From positions 1,654-65,653 of the IMG/VR virus record IMGVR_UViG_3300046514_000672: a stretch of DNA of 64,000 nt, one strand, 5' to 3'. Shown one piece after another: positions 57,478 through 64,000 of the stretch. This stretch comes from a virus (taxonomy: Duplodnaviria; Caudoviricetes). Position 1 is the first letter of the stretch. Every line of letters starts with the position of its first letter. The notes below the pieces were generated by a model. It searched no databases. It was not told the DNA's origin and saw only the letters and a program-made list of their open reading frames with translations. The translations under genes were made by a program, and so were the position numbers.

Positions 57478-57586
57478 CTATGTACCTAATATACCATAGA
57501 ATTAGAGAGATTATGACATCTGTCTAATCCCCCTACTGTAACTGGGGTTCAGGGTGGGTATACACTTTTACACCCCTGTATAGGTG

Positions 57587-58018
57587 TTAATTGAGGTTGA
57601 GGAACTTTAATGAGTCGGAAGGTGGGCCGATTGCCGCATCCATAGAGTCTAACTCAACCTTCAATACTATCGGTGGAATCCCCATAGTCGCCCCCAGCTT
57701 GTCGAACACCTGTCGTAGGCGTTTCCTTCCTTGCCCTGCCTTGGCCGCTGCGGCGAGCTTGGCGCGGCTGAACATGAATCCCCCTAGTGTCCCGGCTAGT
57801 CGTTTAGGGATCGCTCCTGCCCCCGCCAGCGCCTCAGCGGCGCGGGATATAGCCACCTGCCCAGCATAGTCCACATCATTCTCTTCTCCAGGCTTCAGGA
57901 AGGTAATCCCCTGCGCCACAACCACCCCGTGTTCTAGTACGTCACATACCGTCGCCTGTCGCTGACGGAGACGGTATTCAAACTTCCTTCCTCGAATGTT
58001 TAATGGTAGATATGTCAT
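57587..58018 (-). CDS. Hypothetical protein
   Basis: ATGA-coupled ORF. Confidence 0.55.
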   Translation of the reverse strand: MTYLPLNIRGRKFEYRLRQRQATVCDVLEHGVVVAQGITFLKPGEENDVDYAGQVAISRAAEALAGAGAIPKRLAGTLGGFMFSRAKLAAAAKAGQGRKRLRQVFDKLGATMGIPPIVLKVELDSMDAAIGPPSDSLKFLNLN

Positions 58019-58263
58019 ACAGTTCCTTGTCTCCTTTTCTGTTCTTCTTTAAACTCCTCAAATGCTGGGAAAGTTCCCCTCTTAGCCATTTCCAAGGCTT
58101 CTTGTTTTTCTCTATTTGCTTTTCGCTGGGCGATAGCAACTATACTATTATAATCCTGTTCCGCCCCCTGCATACAGGCTTTAGAACAAAATAATGTAGT
58201 GTAAACATTTTCATCCGAATAGCCAAATGGCGTTTCACAATAATCACAAGTCAAAGTTTGCAT
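58015..58263 (-). CDS. Zinc-finger protein
   Basis: CDYC ... FCSKAC. Confidence 0.6.
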   Translation of the reverse strand: MQTLTCDYCETPFGYSDENVYTTLFCSKACMQGAEQDYNSIVAIAQRKANREKQEALEMAKRGTFPAFEEFKEEQKRRQGTV

Positions 58264-58508
58264 ATCTCATACTCCTTCGGTACTGGCCCATCCACGCCCT
58301 TGATCCAGAACCTTATGTATTCCTCCCCCTCATACAGTTCATAACACCCGCCGTAATCAGTGAGCACCTGCACCGCCCTCTTTACAGGCAAGGCAGAATT
58401 CCTTATTGCTACTGATACGCACTCTGCATCCTTCACCACCGCAACGTTTGAAGGTGTTCTTGATGATCTTACTGAGCGCTTGGATACGTAGTTCTTCTTT
58501 CGTGCCAT
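58251..58508 (-). CDS. Hypothetical protein
   Basis: ORF track; AAGGA upstream. Confidence 0.45.
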   Translation of the reverse strand: MARKKNYVSKRSVRSSRTPSNVAVVKDAECVSVAIRNSALPVKRAVQVLTDYGGCYELYEGEEYIRFWIKGVDGPVPKEYEICKL

Positions 58509-58555
58509 AATTATCTGGATTCCTTCTCACTCCTCTTGGATTATTGATTGGTTTT

Positions 58556-58930
58556 CTACGCATGATATCCCTCCCGAACCTCCTGGCATTCACGGCAATA
58601 TTCACTCTCCGGCACTATCCGTAACCTCGCCATTGGTATCTCTTCTTCACAATTCGTACATACCCCATACGGAGTCGCCAGTTCCACATCAATATCCTCA
58701 AGGAGCAATCTATGTATCGCATAGTTCACCTTCTCAAGGAGTTTGGTCTCCCGGTTGATCTCCCCCGCGCCCTGTTCACGATTAGCGGCCTGTGTCGCAC
58801 GATCTAATGGATCTGCTAATCTCTCTACATCTATCCTCTCTGCCCTCTTCGCCGGGGACAACGATGCTAACAGTCCCGCACGTTTGAGTTTGAGGAGGGT
58901 TAGAATCTCCTCGCGTTGTTTGGATGTCAC
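58556..58930 (-). CDS. DksA/TraR-family C4 zinc-finger protein
   Basis: Coiled-coil tip D-x-x-D-x-A; YGVC-x-x-C-x-x-x-I-x-x-x-RL-x-x-x-P ... C-x-x-CQ. Confidence 0.88.
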   Translation of the reverse strand: MTSKQREEILTLLKLKRAGLLASLSPAKRAERIDVERLADPLDRATQAANREQGAGEINRETKLLEKVNYAIHRLLLEDIDVELATPYGVCTNCEEEIPMARLRIVPESEYCRECQEVREGYHA

Positions 58931-59160
58931 AATTTCATCTCCTCTTTTTCCCTTTCATCCCCTCAATCCCAACCACCATCAATAGGATTAGGATTGTTAC
59001 TACTATCGTCAATTGGTCCTCGGGTAATCATGTTCTGTTCGTTCACCCTGTCGATATCCTACCGCCGTGCTATGCTGCACCAGATTAATTACGTCCGTAG
59101 ACAATCCAGGGTTAGCTTCTAATAATCCCTTATACTTACTGAAGAATTCTAGTAGTGTCA

Positions 59161-59379
59161 TCACTCCACCGTCCCTGTTGCGATCCTATTCGTAATCCCC
59201 AACCCCCTAATCACCGGTATGGCGTCCGCGTGGCGCAATACGTACCTTTTGTCCTTGCTTAGCCCCTTCAGACGGTATGTAATACCGGACGAATCCACTT
59301 CGATAATTATGTTCCTTCCTTGATACTGTACCTCCACCTCGCGTACCGTTGGTTTCTCTCCCACTAACAGTTTCTTCAT
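59161..59379 (-). CDS. Hypothetical protein
   Basis: GGAG RBS; I-x-YRLKG motif. Confidence 0.55.
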   Translation of the reverse strand: MKKLLVGEKPTVREVEVQYQGRNIIIEVDSSGITYRLKGLSKDKRYVLRHADAIPVIRGLGITNRIATGTVE

Positions 59380-59448
59380 AGTCCCTATTCTCCCTTCCTA
59401 AATCACTACTGAACTCATAATCACTAATCGGGTCCGCCCAGGGATCTA

Positions 59449-59676
59449 TCATCTGTCCCTCCAGATCCTATAATGGTCTTCATCAACTCGCCTAGACACA
59501 AAATGTTTAGTGCCGTCTAAATTCCGCCTATGTATACCCCCTGATAACTTTCCAGAATTCTTTGCCTTCACTAAGAAACTATCCCCTACCTCCAATTCAT
59601 CCCAGGGATATTTAGCATTCCTGGGATTCCCCTCTATGGGGATACCCTTATCTACTTTAATAGAGAACTTGTCCAT
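59449..59676 (-). CDS. Small putative DNA-binding phage protein
   Basis: K-x-IP ... KYPW-x-x-LEVGDSF ... RIWR, a widespread phage pattern. Confidence 0.65.
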   Translation of the reverse strand: MDKFSIKVDKGIPIEGNPRNAKYPWDELEVGDSFLVKAKNSGKLSGGIHRRNLDGTKHFVSRRVDEDHYRIWRDR

Positions 59677-59941
59677 ATTCCCTCGGCTTTCTATTCCTCA
59701 CCGCCCACAATCGTTTAGGTCCCTCTTCAAACACCTCCTCCTCAATATCCCCTTTCTCCCAGGCCAACCCTGGCGGAATGTATCCAGTTAGATGCTGGAT
59801 AAGTTCAAGCGGATGCGGGGTTAACTTAGCCGGTGCCTTTCTCCGGTCTAGGACGATCCTGTACTCATTCCCCTCAGGATCTACCTTCAGATCCGTATAA
59901 AACTCACTGGCATTCCCTCTCACGCCTTTAATTACTATCAT
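59657..59941 (-). CDS. Hypothetical protein
   Basis: ATGA-coupled ORF. Confidence 0.5.
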   Translation of the reverse strand: MIVIKGVRGNASEFYTDLKVDPEGNEYRIVLDRRKAPAKLTPHPLELIQHLTGYIPPGLAWEKGDIEEEVFEEGPKRLWAVRNRKPREYGQVLY

Positions 59942-60369
59942 GCTGATGCTTCCTTCCCTTTCTGAATATCCCCTCTCACAAACGCAACCTGATGTCCGCC
60001 GATAGACACCTTATCCTTCGGCACTTGATATGCCTTTAGTTGGATGCCATATCTCTCAAAAAGATTCCGCGCCTTTGGTCCGAAGTATTCCTGCGCTTGT
60101 CGTTTATTGGCAAATGCAAACACTATATCCTTCTCGCCTTTATTCCCATTGGTATAGAACTCATCCCAATTCCGATGATCTGTTACGGCCTTCCACTCAT
60201 ACCAATCACTAAACCCACTCCTAGGTGGAATCTCAACACCGTCCATAAATGGCACTGGCATATTGTTCCCCTCGAAGTACATCCAATCTCCAAAAGGATA
60301 TGCACGCCTTAACTTAGGTGCCTGAAACGGCCCAAATCCCTTCTCATCTTCATACCTATATACAGTCAT
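59938..60369 (-). CDS. Hypothetical early protein, possible ADP-ribosyltransferase-like fold
   Basis: VYR-x-E ... GP ... FAF ... Q ... QVAF. The ORF is credible; the fold call is tentative. Confidence 0.45.
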   Translation of the reverse strand: MTVYRYEDEKGFGPFQAPKLRRAYPFGDWMYFEGNNMPVPFMDGVEIPPRSGFSDWYEWKAVTDHRNWDEFYTNGNKGEKDIVFAFANKRQAQEYFGPKARNLFERYGIQLKAYQVPKDKVSIGGHQVAFVRGDIQKGKEASA

Positions 60370-60425
60370 TGCCTTTCTCTATTCTCCTTATGGTTAGTTA
60401 CCATTGCCTGATTTGATGACTACCG

Positions 60426-61064
60426 TTAGCCTTTGGATTCAGCTAATCTTTTCCACACTCCCCAGGTAATCGCCTGCAACTGATTAGGGATTAGTCCTAA
60501 CCTCTCCGCAAGTCTAACGTAATGCATTGCGTACCAGGGATACTCCCCTGGGGTTACTATCGCGTCCTTGTCTGCCGTAGCGCCTCGGTTGCTCCTAGAC
60601 TCTATAGCAAGTCCTTTAGCATGCCGATCAATCGTTACCACCCCTATATATTCAGGGTCTAATATGTTCTGGTAGAAACTCTTGGTTTTATTCCCTCCCA
60701 GGACATCCATAGGAATCTCACCGTTGAGAATACGAATTGCCTTAGTGATATTCCCCATGCCATAACTACCTACCATTGGCACGTTATCTATCTTCCATCC
60801 ATCGATCAAACGTTCAGCATCTAATAGATTCCTTCCCCATTCATTCCCAGGGGACAGCGCGGCCACTACCCCTATCACATGCGGTAGTGGTACCTCTTGT
60901 CTCTCTGCTATGATCTGGCATGCGCTATTCGCATCACGATACCAGAACATACCGATATCTCTCTCTTGGTCTGTTGCTTGAGAGAGGACAGAGAGAATAT
61001 TCCTCTCTATCCTCTTTGACCATCCTTTATGCTTGGTAGCTTTGTTCGCCATAGGGGGTATCAT
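60426..61064 (-). CDS. Conserved phage protein, DUF7178-like (possible HhH-GPD-related fold)
   Basis: G-x-x-WY, AALSP-x-x-x-W-x-x-N, K-x-x-SF-x-x-NI, VTID-x-H, QA-x-x-W. Confidence 0.6.
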   Translation of the reverse strand: MIPPMANKATKHKGWSKRIERNILSVLSQATDQERDIGMFWYRDANSACQIIAERQEVPLPHVIGVVAALSPGNEWGRNLLDAERLIDGWKIDNVPMVGSYGMGNITKAIRILNGEIPMDVLGGNKTKSFYQNILDPEYIGVVTIDRHAKGLAIESRSNRGATADKDAIVTPGEYPWYAMHYVRLAERLGLIPNQLQAITWGVWKRLAESKG

Positions 61065-61254
61065 TACCTCCTCTCTTAGCGTTAGCCCCTGCAATTGCTG
61101 GATTCAGTACCCAATCATTGGTACTGGCATCATACCAAAGGATCGCGGTTTCGCCATTGCTGGCATAGATAACCCGATGCCGTAAGGGTCCATATTGTTT
61201 CTGGACCTTACGCACGGCAGAGTTAATTTGTTGTGATGTTGCTCTCATTCCCAT
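61027..61254 (-). CDS. Hypothetical protein
   Basis: AGGAG RBS. Confidence 0.5.
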   Translation of the reverse strand: MGMRATSQQINSAVRKVQKQYGPLRHRVIYASNGETAILWYDASTNDWVLNPAIAGANAKRGGNDTPYGEQSYQA

Positions 61255-61266
61255 AGTTATCTCCTG

Positions 61267-61692
61267 TTACCTCTGATCATGTTTCAACTCGTGCAGGTGT
61301 ACCCGCAGGAATTCTTCCCTTTCCTGATCCATCGGTTCAGGATAGCTCTCGACAAAATCACTACTCACCACTTCAGTAGTGCGTAATACACTTTCCTGAT
61401 CAAACACCTTGCCGATCCATTGGGCATGATCGTTAGCCCTAGTGTTCACTACCGCGTGATCATCGCCGATCAGGGGGTACGCCTCTAGTACCTCAATCAC
61501 CACGCTAGGCTCACGTACAAACTTCCCCTTGTCATTCGTCCATCCACCCTCACTCTTAGTGAGTGTGAATCCGCCATATACCTTTGCAGTCCGTTCAAGT
61601 ACCGTCTCTAATCTCTCATCCACATTCGTGATATGGAACCCCTGGCCGGTAACTCCTGTCCCCAGGTAGAATCTAAACCTATTCGATAGCAT
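61267..61692 (-). CDS. DUF3574 / phage SAM-lyase-like protein
   Basis: GGFT ... G-x-W ... E-x-S-x-V-x-EV ... F-x-QESVL. Confidence 0.55.
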   Translation of the reverse strand: MLSNRFRFYLGTGVTGQGFHITNVDERLETVLERTAKVYGGFTLTKSEGGWTNDKGKFVREPSVVIEVLEAYPLIGDDHAVVNTRANDHAQWIGKVFDQESVLRTTEVVSSDFVESYPEPMDQEREEFLRVHLHELKHDQR

Positions 61693-61712
61693 ACTGTATT
61701 TGTGTCCTTTGT

Positions 61713-61778
61713 TGGGAAGATATCCCAGAAAAGGGACTAGCAGATTGACCGCCAATGTCCCCTTCCCGCGAAATCCTA
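61713..61778 (-). repeat. Leader hairpin repeat, copy A
   Basis: 18-bp exact match (TGGGAAGATATCCCAGAA on +) with 62456-62473, plus an adjacent long stem. Confidence 0.75.
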
Positions 61779-61795
61779 GAAGGAGGTTACAGGAC

Positions 61796-62029
61796 TCACT
61801 TGGTTATATTCGATGCGATGGTTTCCTCCTTCGATTCACCCTTTATCACATGCCTAGGGTGTAGCCATATACTCCCACCAGTTACGGCAGAAACTACGTA
61901 ATCATCCAAGTGCCATAGGTCCACGCGATTATCTATGATCCCTGCCGTATCTGGCACTACACGGTCATTGAAATGCTTAGGAATGATCGGACGTACTCCT
62001 GTGATGGAACACCACTCTCTAAGGGTCAT
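61796..62029 (-). CDS. Hypothetical protein
   Basis: AAGGAGG RBS. Confidence 0.55.
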   Translation of the reverse strand: MTLREWCSITGVRPIIPKHFNDRVVPDTAGIIDNRVDLWHLDDYVVSAVTGGSIWLHPRHVIKGESKEETIASNITK

Positions 62030-62160
62030 TCGAACACCTCCTTAGACTTCTTTCTGTCTCTCTTGTTCCATTCCATACCGCATTGGATACACCTGAACCA
62101 TTTGAGGAGTCCTAGTGTCCCTAGTAGTGAACATTGACCACCACATAGTTTGCACGTCAT
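62026..62160 (-). CDS. Small zinc-ribbon protein (44 aa)
   Basis: MTCKLCGG ... RCIQCG; ATGA-coupled on both sides. Not in the ORF track. Confidence 0.6.
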   Translation of the reverse strand: MTCKLCGGQCSLLGTLGLLKWFRCIQCGMEWNKRDRKKSKEVFE

Positions 62161-62441
62161 TTGCCTAGGAGTCCTTTCAACTCCGCTTTAACCCTCTTGG
62201 CCGTGTCGCCGCGCCATGAGCTTGCATTGCTCAAAAAGTATGCCACAATCGACCGTCCCGAGTCCTGAAAGTACGGATCATTGATCGAGTCCAATTCTCT
62301 CATGGCATTGAGATATGGTTCGGCAGCATAATTGACTTTCTTCCAATCTCGCCTAATCTCTGCCGCGATCGTATAGATCGGCCTAGGTCCTGGTTGTGTC
62401 CGTTGAACCTTATCGGCCAGTACATCACCTATCGTGAACAT
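62157..62441 (-). CDS. Conserved phage hypothetical protein
   Basis: IA-x-EIR-x-DW ... A-x-PYL-x-AM ... YFLSNA-x-x-WRG-x-x-A-x-x-x-K-x-EL. Confidence 0.65.
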   Translation of the reverse strand: MFTIGDVLADKVQRTQPGPRPIYTIAAEIRRDWKKVNYAAEPYLNAMRELDSINDPYFQDSGRSIVAYFLSNASSWRGDTAKRVKAELKGLLGK

Positions 62442-62455
62442 TCCTAATTCTCCTA

Positions 62456-62514
62456 TGGGAAGATATCCCAGAATGGGCAGACTGTCACTATCTGCCCTAT
62501 CTGCGAGACCCTAG
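62456..62514 (-). repeat. Leader hairpin repeat, copy B
   Basis: GGGCAGA/TCTGCCC stem followed (on -) by TTCTGGGATATCTTCCCA and then the RBS. Confidence 0.75.
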
Positions 62515-62867
62515 CTGGAAACTACGCAAGTGCCACTATCGGATACCGTGTACTCAATCTTCGCGGCACCAGGAATAGCCCATATCCCTACTGCCGTACG
62601 TTTCGCCATCCTTGCCGCGCTGTGCAGGTCCATAGCGGCTTTCTTCGCGAGTCTCTCACATGACAAATCGGTGGATTGTAGAGAGTTGAAATACCTGCCA
62701 CAAAACAGATTGTCGAGTAGGAATCCATTCTCATCCAATGCATCTTCCGGGTAATGGATCTCTACTTCATATGTGAACTGTTTAGGGCTATCGTGATTAG
62801 GTCCACAATGATATTCCCCGTGAACCTCGACGGTAAAGGCCCCTTGTGCTCTCTGAACAAAGCTCAT
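62511..62867 (-). CDS. Divergent QueD/PTPS-like T-fold protein
   Basis: HCG-x-x-H ... Y-x-V-x-I ... LDENGFLLD ... SCE-x-LA. Confidence 0.55.
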   Translation of the reverse strand: MSFVQRAQGAFTVEVHGEYHCGPNHDSPKQFTYEVEIHYPEDALDENGFLLDNLFCGRYFNSLQSTDLSCERLAKKAAMDLHSAARMAKRTAVGIWAIPGAAKIEYTVSDSGTCVVSS

Positions 62868-62939
62868 AGATGTGTCCCCAGGTACAACGCAAATGATACG
62901 ATTCCCGCGTGGAATATCAGAACAAATACAAACTGTCCC

Positions 62940-63254
62940 TTACTCATGGTATGCTCCTGCCAGAATGTCCTGTCTGATACTGCCCTGCCGTGCCGTGTCG
63001 ATGCCGATCTCCTTCGCCTTGCCGTACCTATTCTCTAGGTCCTGGGGTGAACCATCGACTACTGGCAATGTACTCACTAGCCCCTTGGTATAACTCGCCT
63101 GATTCCCCTCAGGATCATTGAGAATGTATTCAGCCAGAAACGTACTGGTCGATTCAATCTCCTGCCCTTCGATCAAAGCATATCTCAATGCGCCATTGGC
63201 ACGAAATAACGCCTGTTGCAGTTCTCTCACATCATGAAACACTACCATAATCAA
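62940..63254 (-). CDS. Hypothetical protein
   Basis: AAGGAG RBS. Confidence 0.55.
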   Translation of the reverse strand: MIMVVFHDVRELQQALFRANGALRYALIEGQEIESTSTFLAEYILNDPEGNQASYTKGLVSTLPVVDGSPQDLENRYGKAKEIGIDTARQGSIRQDILAGAYHE

Positions 63255-63333
63255 TCTCCTTCATTCCTATGTATTGGTATTGGATGAGCTTAAGCTATCC
63301 AAGATAGGGACAGTATCCCTATCTCGCATGTCT

Positions 63334-63495
63334 CTATGTCGATTGTTCCCACACTTCCCAATAAATCTCTCCTTTGGCCTTGCGATACATTGGATTAGCG
63401 CGATAGAACATGGTCTTGGCAGACTTCAAACTATCGGCCAAGAATCCGTCCACGTGCTTGCCCTCGGGTGCAAAATAGAATTCATATCGTTTCAT
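63334..63495 (-). CDS. Small hypothetical protein (53 aa)
   Basis: MKRYEFYFAPEGK...; GAGGA RBS. Not in the ORF track. Confidence 0.5.
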   Translation of the reverse strand: MKRYEFYFAPEGKHVDGFLADSLKSAKTMFYRANPMYRKAKGEIYWEVWEQST

Positions 63496-63549
63496 TAGTC
63501 ATTCCTCTCTCAATCCTTGCCTACCTAGATGCATCCACATCGCCCATGG

Positions 63550-63711
63550 TTACACCGATTGTTGATAAATGATCCCTATGATAACTGCCAGTGTCATAAG
63601 GACTAACCTAACCATGATCCGCTTGTCATCCCTCGGAGTCCAGCTAGACTCTAAGGGAGTAGACATCCTACTGCCCTGCATCCCTCCTTTGTTGAACGCG
63701 TTCAAATCCAT
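63550..63711 (-). CDS. Small membrane protein (up to 53 aa)
   Basis: C-terminal IMVRLVLMTLAVIIGIIY. Confidence 0.4.
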   Translation of the reverse strand: MDLNAFNKGGMQGSRMSTPLESSWTPRDDKRIMVRLVLMTLAVIIGIIYQQSV

Positions 63712-63717
63712 ATGCAA

Positions 63718-63879
63718 CTAGTTGCCTATCACCACTTGAGTAATCGGTGTGCCCTCAATCATCTTGGCTATCTCTTTTGCATCCACCGTCGCGCCGGTAA
63801 GGGCCAGTGTCTGTAATGCGTCGGCAAGCGCTATCGCTTCTGTCATGCTGCCTACCGCGAATGTGATAGTTAGTGTCAT
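63718..63879 (-). CDS. Small hypothetical protein (53 aa)
   Basis: AAGGAGA RBS before MTLTITFAV. Confidence 0.55.
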   Translation of the reverse strand: MTLTITFAVGSMTEAIALADALQTLALTGATVDAKEIAKMIEGTPITQVVIGN

Positions 63880-64000
63880 AGGTTAATATCTCCTTCGTGA
63901 TGTCCCGTCACAGGACATATTGCACGTCCCCTGCCATTTGTATCTCATAGTAGTTATTAGTACTAGTACGTGAATATCTTTCACACCTGTGCCGAATCTT

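Noticed and set aside
1-64000. Many antisense and nested ORFs in the track, and a possible alternative genetic code
   Set aside because: They shadow well-supported genes and lack RBS or motifs. Long genes are intact under the standard code and all three stop codons are used.

Overview
This window is most of a tailed dsDNA phage genome (Caudoviricetes), probably short-tailed: there is no tape-measure or sheath gene, but there are putative adaptor, nozzle and ejection proteins. It has two converging arms. The + arm (1-42011) holds accessory and nucleotide-metabolism genes (Tad2/DUF2829-like, metallophosphoesterase, HAD nucleotidase, DUF5664-like). These are followed by terminase, portal, a micro-protein cluster, scaffold, major capsid, adaptors, tail proteins, ejection proteins and a possible holin. 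The - arm (42008-64000) holds a UDG-PolA fusion polymerase, a Pif1/RecD-like helicase, an SSB, a Sak4-like ATPase, a ParB-like protein, a PD-(D/E)xK nuclease, an AAA_25 helicase, DksA/TraR and many small early genes (QueD-like, SAM-lyase/DUF3574-like). The most striking observation is that five tailspike/adhesin-like genes inside the tail module, including a 2123-aa giant, begin with Sec-type signal peptides and are Cys-rich, unlike most neighbouring virion proteins. This suggests receptor-binding proteins that are exported and disulfide-folded outside the cytoplasm. Other notable items are altered PolA motifs A/B/C, a family of repeated leader hairpins in the early region, several stem-rich non-coding segments and a Tat-signal mini-protein. 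All calls come from reading motifs by eye; no database search or folding was run.
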